This document shows, piece by piece, positions 1 through 11,452 of a stretch of DNA of 64,000 bases (its first letter is position 1; every line of letters starts with the position of its first letter). This stretch comes from Mobula hypostoma (Eukaryota), in assembly GCF_963921235.1 (NCBI RefSeq), contig NC_086097.1, positions 62,126,001-62,190,000 on the forward strand, read 5' to 3'. The translations under genes were made by a program, and so were the position numbers. Under the pieces are notes generated by a model. It ran no database searches and was not told where the DNA came from. It was given only the letters and a program-made list of their open reading frames with translations.

Positions 1-1516
1 GGACTAAAGTATTTAATAATTAACGAACAAAACTAGACTGAATACAACACTTATCAACATTTGGATGTGTGTGGATCTCCTTTTCCATCTTAAATTGCAC
101 GTGGCTTCTCATTGATATGAAGACAAGCTTTTGTAGACTATTAATTCAGCAATTGTGACTGCTTTTGTATTTAGTCCTTATCAGTGTAGGAACAAAAATA
201 TAGTTGAGTGTTGTTGATCTCACATCTTCTTACATCTTTCTGTTTTCAAATCAACATCTCTCTAAATTGCCCTGGCTTATTTTTTAATTTATTCTTAAAA
301 GGCAGAGATTACTTTTAAATATTTCATTTATTGCTAATCCTCATTGCCCTTGAGATAGTGGTGTTGAGCTGTCATCTTGAACCACTGCAGCTCATGAAGT
401 GAAGACATTCTCATTCTGCTATTGGGTAAGCATTTTGCATTTTTAGAATAACCTTCACATCCATTTCAAATTACTTTACAACCAACAAGGCACTTTTTAA
501 GGTACAGTCACTGTTATAATATTATAATGTAACTAGGCAGTTCCAAGTTATTAACCTGGTATCAAGGACTTGCGCCATAGTCTGCACAAGGATAACAATA
601 GTACTGAATTTACTCACTCATCACACTTGCCCCATCTTCTGCAAGCCTTGGTTGACATCAGGAGCGCAACCTAAGAAAATTTGCTGCATGTTCCTTCTGT
701 GTTGGAGCTTAAGACAAATATATACAACAGCCCAGAAGATCTGCAGGTCCAGTACCATCACAAGTTTGAGTTATTACTAGAGAATATTGTGAGTAGCTAA
801 GATGTCAACATAACAGCTGCTTAATCTCGTGAATTTACACCCAGAGTGATCAAAAGCAGAAATACAAATGCCAGAGATTTTATGTAAATGCAGAAAAAAG
901 CTGATAATTCTGATGCATTTCTTTTGCCTGGTATCATCATGTTGTAGATGCCATTGAAGATGCTATATATTTCCAGCACTTTCTATTTCAAGTAGCATAT
1001 TTTCAAATGCTCTTCATTCCAAGGAGCCTTGTAGCTGCAACTGCCCGAATTGTAAATATCACAGAGCAGCTTTGTTTACTCAGGGTTTCATGCTCACAAA
1101 TTTTGTTTGTAGCTCATTGAAAGGCAATAATTTAGTGCTACAATTAAATTATTTCTCTTCACAACATACAGAATTGCAGATGTACAGAGCTTTGGCTTTA
1201 TAGATAGTAGAGTGACTAGAAGCAAGTGCAATCTGACAGCTGCACTGTTATTTTCATGCAAATGCTATTTATCCATCGACAAAAACTGTAGCTGGCACAA
1301 GCAAAAATAATTTTCTGTTTTTCTGTTATGTGGTCTTACCAACGACGAAGCAGCTGAGATTGGTTGTAAATGGGACAAAGCACCATTGATGCATACTTCT
1401 CTTTCATTTCCTACTACTATTGTATGTGCGGGGTGAAAATGAGCATGCGGGGACATGATAGAATAATAGTCAAATGACTGGACAAGTATCCAAAGGCCAT
1501 GACTATTGAAAAAGGA

Positions 1517-2348
1517 TCCCGCGCTTTCCCAATGTATATGATAAATAAACTCTTCTCAGGCTTCCAGTCGAGTACAGGTATCGATTTTAACTGACGTTTC
1601 GATGACAAACTCTGCCACTTTCATCGGGGATGACGCCTAGGCACATCTGGTCCATTGGTATATATAAACCCCGCCATCTGTCTCTCCTCATCGGTTTGTC
1701 CTCATCCAATCAGGATTCCGCTGTCCCATATTGTTTACAATCAAATTCCAGTTCTTACTTAGAGCAAAATCTTCGTCTTTGGTAAAATCTTTTTCCTCTA
1801 GTTTTATTTCAATGGCTTCCTTCACCAGGCAATCACAAAAGCCATTGGTGTGGCACAGTAGTTTTGTACCATTGATGGCAATCCTATGGCCATTGCGAAT
1901 GCAATGCCCTGCTACCATCGATTTGGGTAACCCAAACCGATACACCTCTCGTTTTCATTGATGCAGGTTTCCACCGTGCATCCATCTGGCCAATATACAG
2001 TCACAGTCACTAGGAGCCCTGTAACCACCAGCCAACCTGAATCCCAGGACATTGCTCACCCACATAAGCTGGGATCTGGGTTTGTAGGTTGTATTAATAT
2101 GGTATTTCTTCAGGATTCTACAGGTCCTTCCTGAAACCATGGAAGTATAGGGAAAGCAGGTGATAGCGGTGGGATCACCCTCATTGTTAAGTTTCCTGGT
2201 TTTCCTGGTTTCTTGGTTATTATAAACAAGGTGCAACAGCAGAATCCCAATTGATTAAGGATTAACCAATGAAGAGAGATGGATGAAGTGGTTTATATAT
2301 ACCACTGGACTAGACGTGCCTAGGCATCGTCCCTGATGATGATGGCAG
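1517..2348 (-). mobile_element. Penelope-like element (Poseidon/Penelope type), 3' part with GIY-YIG endonuclease remnant, pseudo-LTR and inverted pLTR copy
   Basis: Minus ORFs 1955-2236 (PYTSMVSGRTCRILKKYHINTTYKP) and 1688-1945 (KSMVAGHC...KEAIEIKLEEKDF.KDEDFALSKNW) match the Penelope RT C-term/GIY-YIG region; 2290-2348 is an inverted copy of about 1611-1670. Confidence 0.85.
1588..1632 (-). ncRNA. Degenerate minimal hammerhead ribozyme in Penelope pLTR
   Basis: Minus strand reads CCGATGA-aagtggcagagtttgtcatc-GAAAC-GTC; the inverted copy at 2333-2339 keeps the canonical CTGATGA. Confidence 0.6.
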
Positions 2349-2361
2349 TAACTAAATTCAA

Positions 2362-3325
2362 GTACCTCCTTGTGCAATTGGATCCTCGATTTCCTCATTT
2401 GCAGACCCGAGTCAGTTCAGATTAGCAAAACCATCTCCTCCAAAATCTTCATCAGCACAGGTGCGCCACAAGGCTGCATGTTTAGCCCCCGCTCTAATCA
2501 ATTTACACTTATGACTGTGTGGCTAAGCAGAGCTCCAAAGCTATATTTAAATTTGCTGATGATTCCACTGTCATTGGCCGAATCAATGATGGTGACAAAT
2601 CAGTATATAGGAGGGAGATTGAAAATCTGGCTGAGTGGTGCCACAACAACCTCTTTATGTCAGAAAAAACAAAAAGCTGATTATTGACTTCAGGAAAAGG
2701 AATCCAGAAGTCCATGAGTTACTCCTCTTTGGAGGATCAGAGGTAGAGAGGTCAGCAACTTTAAATTCCTTAGTGTTATTACTTGAGAGGACCTGACCTG
2801 GGCCCAGCTCTTAAGTACAATTTCAAAGAAAGCACTGCAGTGCCTCTACTTCCTTAGAAGTTAGTGAAGATTTAGCATGACATCTAAAACTTTGGCATAC
2901 TTCTGTAGATATGTGATAGAGAGTATATTGACTGGCTAAATTACAGCCTGGTATGAAAACACCAATTCCCTTGAACGGAAAATCCGACAAAAAAGTTACG
3001 AATGTGGCCCAGTCCATTACGGGTAAGCCCTTCCCACATTGAGCACATCTACATGGAGTGTTTTTGCAGGAAAGCAGCATCCATCATCAGGGACCCCCAC
3101 CACCCAAGTCATGCTCTCTTCTCACTGCAGCCATCAAGAAGAAGGTACAGGCGCCTCAGGACTCACACCACCAGGATCAGCTGGCGATCAGTTGTTACTC
3201 TTCAAGCATCAGGCTCTTGAACCAGAAGGGATATCCTCACTCAATTTCACTTGCCCTATCACTGTACTGTTCCCACAACCTATGGAATTGCTTTCAAGGA
3301 CTTTTCATCTCATGTTCTCGATACT
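2362..3325 (+). mobile_element. Rex1/Babar-type LINE, 5'-truncated RT fragment
   Basis: Frameshifted motifs [23 protein letters not shown], and the C-terminal KAASIIRDPHHPSHALFSLQPSRRRYR. Confidence 0.85.
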
Positions 3326-3327
3326 TA

Positions 3328-4290
3328 TTCAAAGGTTCAACGGTTCATTTATTATCAAAGTATACAAATCTGAAATTCTTCTTCTCTGGGTGGTCATGAA
3401 ACTAAGAAAAAAAAGAAAGGCAGCACTATCATCAACCCCCAAAAACCCACCTCCACAAAATAAAATGAACAAGACAGAACAGGCAAATCGAGTCCCAAAT
3501 CTCTCTTCCCACGTTAAAAAATGAACTAAACAGATCAGGCACAGTGACTCTCAAATCTCTCCTCCTGCACAAAAAATAAACAAAACAGAACTGGTACATT
3601 GACACCTCCCCCTCCCCCCCAAGTTCCCCTTACCGCACAAAAAAGCTAGAAGGATCAGGTGAAAAACACAGAATATAAAAAATCCATAATACTGAAAAAA
3701 TGTCTATAGTCCAAGTCCACATCCAAAACACAGAAAACCTGGGCAACACGCTCCAGGCAGAGCAGCAGGTTCTCCCTGCTCCAGTACAGGGCGATCAAAA
3801 GACAAGCAGCTGGAACTCACCTTCTGCAATAGCCTCGAAGCTTCAATTTCACTCATTTCTTTAGTCGGCCACAATTGAAACTTCAATCAGCGAAATAGCG
3901 TCAATCATCAACTTGTGCCCCATCCTGCAGCCTTCTTGCCACAAAGTTTGCACACACTGTCTCTGTCTCCCGGAATCCTCTCGGAGACTGCAAAGTGCTG
4001 GAACAAGCAAACGATCTCCAAACTTTTGCATTTTCCTCAATGTTTCAATCTCCCTCAATACTTTAATCAGTGAACAATGGAAGCTTGAACATCGGCTCAC
4101 ATGCCATCCTGCAGCCTGCTCGCCATGAAGTTCCTGCACGCTGCCTCTGCCCCCTGGAATCTTCTTGGAGACTGCAGAGCACTGGAACACCCAAACAAAG
4201 TCCAACTGCAAATCATAGGCTCCAACAGTTCCAAAATCAAATCCAAAATGAAAAACAAGCGTAAAGCATATAGAAGAAGTGAAATATTAA
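3328..4290 (-). mobile_element. Non-coding retroelement-like repeat of unassigned family, with a ~105-bp internal direct repeat (about 3915-4020 and 4101-4206)
   Basis: Its 3' end (gaagaatttcagatttgtatactttgataataaatgaacc) is shared with the + strand copy ending near 58172; no coding motif recognised. Confidence 0.5.
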
Positions 4291-4301
4291 GTGAAATATG
4301 A

Positions 4302-4577
4302 GTTATTAACTTCAAACTTTCTGAATTTTCACTCAAATAGTTGAACTGCATGTGCATGTAACGAGAGCTGTACAACTCATCTCCTTCTACCTTAGGCCAC
4401 AGACTTATCAATCACCCCTGCTGTGGACCGCTTCTACAAAGAAGGGATCCATATGCTCCACGACAGCTGGACTATGTGTGTACATGTAGGAGGGGACTAT
4501 GTTGAAAAATAAATATGCCAGGTTTTCTAAAATAGACTCATTCTACCTTAGGCCACGAACATATCAATCACCCCTCG
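4302..4577. mobile_element. Mariner-type non-autonomous DNA transposon fragment (one end)
   Basis: Ends in ttctaccttaggccacgaacatatcaatcacccctcg followed by TA, a mariner-like TIR end (TA-CGAGGGG on the opposite strand); the TIR-like motif is also repeated internally at about 4385-4418. Confidence 0.65.
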
Positions 4578-4579
4578 TA

Positions 4580-4646
4580 CAGTACTATGCAAAAGTCTTA
4601 GGGACCCTACCTATATATATGTGCATAAGACTTTTGCACAGTACTG
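4580..4646. mobile_element. 67-bp Tc1-like mini-MITE
   Basis: TIRs cagtactatgcaaaagtctta / taagacttttgcacagtactg around a short TA-rich core; flanked by TA (left) and CA (right). Confidence 0.75.
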
Positions 4647-4729
4647 CATATGTACAATTGGTTATAAATTTATTTTCCACATTTGTACTTTTGTACTTAA
4701 CGTTAGCCATTATGATTAGGGAACTGCTG

Positions 4730-4935
4730 AATTAGTGTAAAATCCCATCTGGTTTGATAATCTCCTACAGGGGAGGACATATGTTGTCTTTACTCAGACT
4801 GGTCCACCTACAATGTTGACTCTTAACTTCAGACTTATCAGTGAACTTATCCCTCAAGAACACTTTGAAACAGCATCAAAGTAATCAGGGATGAGGAATA
4901 ATTGCTGAGTTTATTGGAGACATACACATCATCTG
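4730..4935 (+). mobile_element. Old Deu-domain-like SINE fragment
   Basis: aaaatcccatctggtttgataatctcctacagggagg...aatgttgactcttaac resembles the DeuSINE central domain; heavily decayed. Confidence 0.45.
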
Positions 4936-6007
4936 AACAAATCAAAAGGGAAGTATTGCAAGGAACCCTTAAGCAAAACAATATGTAAGTTCCCTTTGTC
5001 CAAAAATGTAGAAATTCATTTGTATTAATTGAAATCGGGCATTTGCAACGAGTCAACATCAGGTAAATATATCACTGCATCATTGGTGCTAATATCCCAA
5101 CTTATTTCCTACCCAAATCCTAACCAGGCCTAGTGATAGCAGATGTTTCCTGAGTTTTACCACAGCTTACAGGTTTCACACTCGGTCACAAAGCATTCTG
5201 TCTTGGAAATTGTTATTCCTTTATCATCACTATATCTGAGTGTATTCCCACACTGTTGTCAGTTGGGAAGACCTCAAATTCTCCACCTGATAGCAAAGTG
5301 GGAATACTCTCACCAGAACGACAAAGCTCAACATTACCTTGCCAGTCAGGGATTGGCAATATATGCTGGTCTTGATAGCAGTATCCACATCTTATAAATA
5401 AGTAAAAAATGACAGGCTTTGTATCAGAAAGAGGTCAGGAGTGAAAATTTATAAAACGGTTCCCCACCACCAGAAGCAAAGCCTGAACTTGTCTGTGCCC
5501 TAACAATGATCCACGGTGTTACAGGCTTTTTTCTTTTAAATCCTGTTTGCATTTGACAGTCTAGAAAGTGTAGTTATGATTTGGGAAAGTTAGAGTCAAT
5601 GCTAAAAAATAGAATAAAGGAACATAAATGCAGGAAACTTAAAATGAAATCCTGAAGTGCTGAACAGGTAAGCTGCCTGTTGTATTCCATTTGATTCTCA
5701 GCTGCATTTGGGTTATCTTTCTCTCCTTCCCTAGTTTTCCCTACCTTACTTATCTGGATGTTCAAATAACTGGCACATCCTTTTCATGTTTGCTGTTTGG
5801 AAACTCCTATGTCCTTTTCATTTCCTCCCATCACTTCCCTCACACTTTCTGACAACCTGCTTTCTCATTCAACCCGATTCTATGAGTGACATATCCTCTG
5901 ATTTTATGAGTGACATATCCTTTGATTTCCTCCAACTGTTCTCTATTTCACACTCTGTCTTTCTAACCTCCACCAGATATTGGCCCCATATCTTAGAAAG
6001 AATGTAT

Positions 6008-6200
6008 TGTCATTGTTGAGAATCCAGAGGAGGTTCATGAGGATGATTCCAGGAATGAAGGTGGTTAACACATGAGGAGCATTTGTCAGGTTTCAGCCTG
6101 TACTCGTGAGGGTCTAGAAGAATGCGGGGGCGGGAGGGTGGAATCTCATTGAAACCTACGAAATGTTGAAAGGACTAGATAGGGTGGATGTGAGAGGATA
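6008..6200 (+). mobile_element. CR1 LINE 3' region, left half (interrupted; continues at about 9722)
   Basis: QRRFMRMIPGM / SLEXRRMRG..LIETYEMLKGLDRVD-type CR1 ORF2 C-terminal sequence. Confidence 0.8.
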
Positions 6201-6203
6201 GAG

Positions 6204-9200
6204 CCATAGAACCATAGAACATTACAGCACAGAAATAGGCCCTTTGGCTCTTCTTGGCTGTGCTGAACCATTTTTCTGCCTAGTCCCACTGACCTGCACC
6301 TGGACCATACGCCTCCATACACCTCTCATCCATGTACCTGTCAAAGTGTGTCCTAAATGTTAAAAGTGAGCCCGCATTTACCACTTCATCTGGCAGCTCA
6401 TTCCACACTCCCACCACTCACTGTGTGAAGAAGCCCCCCCAATGTTCCCTTGAAATTTTTTCCCCTTCACTGTTATCCCATGTCCTCTGTTTTTTTTTCT
6501 CCCCTTGCCACAGTGGAAAAAGCCTGCTTGCATTCACTCTGTCTATACCCATCATAATTTTATATACCTCTATCAAATCCCCCCTCATTCTTCTATGCTC
6601 CAGGGAATAAAGTCCTAACCTATTCAATCTTTCTCTGTGACTCAGTTTCTCAAGTCCCAGCAACATCCTTGTAAACCTTCTCTGCACTCTTTCAACCTTA
6701 TTTATATCCTTCCTGTAATTTGGTGACCAAAACTGCATATAATACTCCAAATTCTGCCTCATCACTGCCTTATACAACCTCATCATAACAGTCTAACTCA
6801 ATACTTTGATTTATAAAGGCCAATGTACCAAAAGCTCTCTTTACGATCCTATCTACCTGTGACGCCACTTTTAGGGATTTTTGTATCTGTATTCTCAGAT
6901 CCCTCTGTTCTACTGCACTCCTCAGTGCCCTGCCATTTACCTTGCATGTTCTACTTTGGTTTGTCCTTCCAAACTGCAATACCTCACACTCATCTGTATT
7001 AAATTCCATATGCTATTTTTTAGCCTATTTTTCCAGCTGGTCCAAATCCCTCTGCAAGCTTTGAAAACCTTCCTCACTGTCCACTACACCTCCAATCTTT
7101 ATATCATCAGCAAATTTGCTGATGCAATTTACCTCATTATCATCCAAATCATTGATATAGATGCCAAATAACAATGGACTCAGCACTGATCCCTGTGGCA
7201 CACCACTAGTCACAGGCCTCCACTCAGAGAAGCAATCCTCCACTACCACTCTCTGGCTTCTTCCATTGAGCCAATGTCTAATCCAATTTACTACCTCTCC
7301 ATGTATACCTAGCGACTGAATCTTCCTAAATAACCTCCCATGCGGGACCTTGTCAAAGGCCTACTGAAGTCCATGTAGACAATATCCACTGCCTTCCCTT
7401 TATCCACTTTCCTGGTAACCTCCTCGAAAAACTCTAATAGATTGGTTAAACATGACCTACCACGCACAAAGCCATGTTGACTCTCCCTAATAAGTCCCTG
7501 TCTATCCAAATACTTACAGATCTTATCTCTTAGTACTCCCTCCAATAACTTACCTACTACCGACATCAAATTTACTGGCCTATAATTTCCCGGATTACTC
7601 TTAGAGCCTTTTTAAAATAACAGAACAACATGAGCTATCCTCCAGTCCTCCGGCACCTCAACCGTAGATACTGACATTTTAAATATATCTGCCAGGGCCC
7701 CTGCAATTTCAACACTAGTCTCCTTCGAGGTCCAAGGGAATACCCTGTCAGGTCTTGGGGATTTATATCCTCTGATTTGCCTCAAGATAGCAAGAACCTC
7801 CTCCTCCTCAATCTGTATAGGTTCCATGTCCTCACTACTTGTTTGCCTTATTTCCATTGACTCCATGCCAGTTTCTTTAGTAAATATAGATGCAAAAAAA
7901 CCCATTTAAGATCTCCCCCATTTCTTTTGGTTCCAAACATAGCCGACCACTCTGATCTTCAAGAGGACCAATTTTATCCCTTACTATCCTTTTGCTCTTA
8001 ATATACCTGTAGAAGCTCTTTGGATTATCCTTCACCTTGACTGCCAAAGGAACCTCTTGTCTTCTTTTACCCCTCCTAATTTCTTTCTTAAGTAGTTTTT
8101 GCACTTTCTATACTCTTCATGCACCTTATTTGCTCCCTGTTTCCTGTACATGTCATCCGTCTCTCTTTTCTTATTTATCAGAGTTCCAATATCCCTTGAG
8201 AACCAAGGTTCCTTATTCTTATTTGCTTTGCCTTTAATCCTGACAGGAACATACAAGCTCTGCACTCTCAAAATTTCTCCTTTGAAGGCCTTCCACTTAC
8301 CAATCACATCCTTGCCAAAGAACAACCTGTCCCAACCCACGCTTTTTAGATCCTTTCTCATTTCTTCAAATTTGGCCCTTTTCCAGTTTAGAACCTCAAC
8401 CTGAGGACGAGATCTATCTTTATCCATGAAACTAATAGTGTTAAGATCACTGGAACCAAAGTGTTCCCCTACACACACTTCCGTCACCTGTCCTAACTCG
8501 TTTCCTAATAGGAGATCTAATATTGCATCCTCTCTAGTTGGTACCTCTATATATTGATTTAGAAAACTTTCCTGAACATATTTTACAAACTCTAACCTGT
8601 CTAGACCTTTAACAGTATGGGAATCCCAATTAATACGTGGAAAATTAAAATCCCCTACTATCACACCTTTATGTTTCCTGCTGTTGTCTGCTATCTCGCT
8701 GCAGATTTGCTCCTCCAATTCTCACTGACTATTGGGTGGTCTATAATACAACCCTATTAATGTGGTCATACCTTTCCTGTTTCTCAGCTCCACCCATACG
8801 GCCTCGGTAGACAAGCCCTCTAATCTGTCCTGCCTGAGCACTGCTGTAACATTTTCCCTGACAGGCAATGCCACCCTCCCACCCCTCATTCCTCTGCCTC
8901 TATCTCATCTGAAACATCAGAACCCGGGAACATTAAGCTGCCAGTCCTGCCCCTCCTGCAGCCAAGTTCCACTAATGGCTATAATGTCGTAATTCAATGT
9001 GTCAAACTACGCCCTCAGCTCGTCAGCCTTGCCCACGATACCCCTTGCATTGAAATAGACACACCTCAGAAGATTATTACCATCACACACAACCCTTCTA
9101 TTTGTGACTTTGCATGAACTTTTAACATCATTTATTTTCACCTCCACTCCACTATCTGCTCTGGCACTCTGGTTCCCATCCCTCTGCAAATCTAGTTTAA

Positions 9201-9720
9201 ACCCTCCCTAAAAGCACTAACAAATCTCCCTGCAAGGATATTGGTCCCCTTGTAGTTCAGGTGTAACCCATCTCTCTTGTACAGGTCCCACCTGCCCCAG
9301 AAGAGGTCCTAATGATCTTAAAATCTGAAACCCTGCCCCCTACACCAGTTCCTCAGCCACGTGTTCATCCGGCAGAGCATCCTATTCTTACCCTCACTGG
9401 CACGTAGCACAGGTAGCAATCCTGAGATTACCACCCTCGAGGTCCTGCTTTTTAACTTCCTATCAAGCTGTCTATACTCACTCTCCAGGACCTCCTCACT
9501 CTTCATACGTCATTGGTACCGATGCGTACCATTACCTCTGGCTGATCACCCTCACACTTCAGAATGATGTGCACGCGATCAGAGGCATCCCTGACCCTGG
9601 CACCACAGAACCTCCTCTCTGTACCTCTAACTATCGAGTCCCCTATCACTACCGCTCTCCTCTTCTTCCACTCTCCCTCCTCCACTGCAGAACCAGACTC
9701 AGTGCCAGAGATCCGGCTGT
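6204..9720 (-). mobile_element. Near full-length CR1 LINE (ORF1 esterase + ORF2 APE endonuclease/RT), frameshifted
   Basis: ORF1 AVVIGDSIVRG...VRIGTNDV (SGNH/GDSL esterase); ORF2 YFNARGI, VGDFNFP, LDLLLGN, QHGF..GRSCLTNL, GVPQGSVL, KFADD, LEYYMQFWSP; 3' tail of ttctatgg repeats at about 6204-6220. Confidence 0.95.
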
Positions 9721-9721
9721 C

Positions 9722-10062
9722 GATGTTTTCTATGTTATGATAATCCAGAACTAGAGGGCACAGCTTCAAAATTGAGGGCTACCTTTTAGAACAGAGGTAA
9801 GGAGGAGTTGTTTTAGCCAAAGAGTAGTGAGTCTGTGGAATGTTCTGCCACAGACTGCGGTGGAGGTCAAGTCCGTGGGTATATTTAAGGTGGAAGTTGA
9901 TGGTTTCCTGATCCTGATTGGTCAGGGCATCAAAGAATATAGTGAGGAGGCAGGTGTATGGGTTTGAGTGGGATCCAGAATCAGACATGATGGAATGGCA
10001 GAGCAGACTCAATGGGCTGAATGGCCTAATTCTGCTCCTATGTCATATGGTTTCATAGTCTA
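9722..10062 (+). mobile_element. CR1 LINE 3' end, right half of the element broken at about 6200
   Basis: RTRGHSFKI...FSQRVVSLWNVLP, then the CR1 3'UTR gggctgaatggcctaattctgctcctatgtcatatgg. Confidence 0.85.
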
Positions 10063-10499
10063 AAATTGCAGGCTTCCTTATTGTATTTGACATTATAGAC
10101 AGACTATACCCCTAAGTAACTAAACCAATGATGCCCCAAGAGAATAGATTATAAAATCTTACCAACATTTGCACCTCTAATTCTCAGAAAGTTGTAGGTG
10201 ATGCTTCAGTAGTCTTGAATGTAGTCTCCTCAAAAGACAGTTAGTATTACTGCCAGACGGATTCAATCCTGACTGAGAAAGCTGCCTGTGCAATTATTGC
10301 ACACTCTCTCTCTCCCAATCCTCTGTTATCAGGGACTTGATGAGCATGTGAGAAAAACTAGGTTGTGGGGAAATAAATGGGGGAATGGAGCCGGTGGGGG
10401 GGCGGTGGAATGCACAAACAGCTGGTAAAAAATGTGCCAACTGGCCTCCTATTATGTTGTAAAACAAATGAAAAACCTTATACATACCAAAAAATGAAT

Positions 10500-10872
10500 T
10501 GTTTGTTTATTTTGGGCTATGATGTATGACAAAGGCAATATTGATCTTTCCATAACCATGATTGTTCCTGACATATTTTTCTACAGAACTGTTTGCCAAT
10601 GTCTTCTTCTTCTGGGCAGTGTCTTTACAAGTTGGTTGACTCCAGCATTATCAATATTCTTCAGAGATTGTCTGCCTGGTGTAGGTGGTTGCATAACCAG
10701 AACTTGTGATGTCAACCAGCTACTCATATGACTACCCACCACCTGCTCCCATGGCTTCACATCACCCTGATCGAGGTGGGCTACAACATGTCCAAGGGTG
10801 ACCTGCAGGCTAGGGGAGGGAAGAAGTGCATTACATCTCCTTTGGTAGAGACATATCTCCACCCCACTACCA
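10500..10872 (-). mobile_element. SINE with RTE-type 3' tail
   Basis: Minus strand ends cccagaagaagaagacattggcaaacagttctgtagaaaaatatgtcaggaacaatcatgg, resembling the RTE/BovB-type 3' stem; ~370 bp and non-coding. Confidence 0.6.
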
Positions 10873-11330
10873 AGACAATCAATATATGAAATATGTGAAA
10901 TATATGAATAGCCTGTAGAGAGGAGGGGTTTAGAAATGTTGAAGTTCAGTTTATTGTCATTCAACTGTACACATTAATAACACCAAATGACAGAACGTTC
11001 TTCTGGACCAAGGTGCACAATACAGTACATACAGTATAACTCACACACATAGCCCATAAGGTAATATTATCACAAATAAATTATCAAATACTAAGGTGCA
11101 TTTATAACACGTGTTAAAAAGTGAACATTATAATATTACTGCCTCTTCATACGTCATGAGACAGGGAGTTCAGTAGTCTTACAGCCCGAGAAAAGTAGCT
11201 GTTTTCCATCCTGACAGTTCTTGTCCTAGTGCAAACACGAGCAATTCCGCAGATGCTGGAAATTCAAGCAACACACATCAAAGTTGCTGGTGAACGCAGC
11301 AGGCCAGGCAGCATCTCTAGGAAGAGGTAC

Positions 11331-11366
11331 AGTCGATGTTTCAGGCCGAGACCCTTCATCAGGACT
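11331..11366 (-). ncRNA. Minimal type I hammerhead ribozyme motif
   Basis: agtc-CTGATGA-agggtctcggcct-GAAA-c-ATC-gact: helix I AGUC/GACU, helix II hairpin and conserved core boxes. Confidence 0.7.
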
Positions 11367-11416
11367 AACTGAAAGAAGAGATAGTAGAGATTTGAAAGCT
11401 TTCTCTTCTTTCAGTT

Positions 11417-11452
11417 AGTCCTGACGAAGGGTCCCGGTCCAAAACGTCGACT
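11417..11452 (+). ncRNA. Minimal hammerhead ribozyme motif, probably inactive (GAAA to AAAA)
   Basis: agtc-CTGACGA-agggtcccggtcc-AAAA-c-GTC-gact. Confidence 0.6.

Noticed and set aside
1340..1515. Possible minus-strand host exon ending at a GTAAGA donor (could read EMKEKYASMVLCPIYNQSQLLRR)
   Set aside because: The acceptor is weak and ambiguous, I recognise no protein similarity, and it abuts a Penelope end. It needs RNA-seq or homology.
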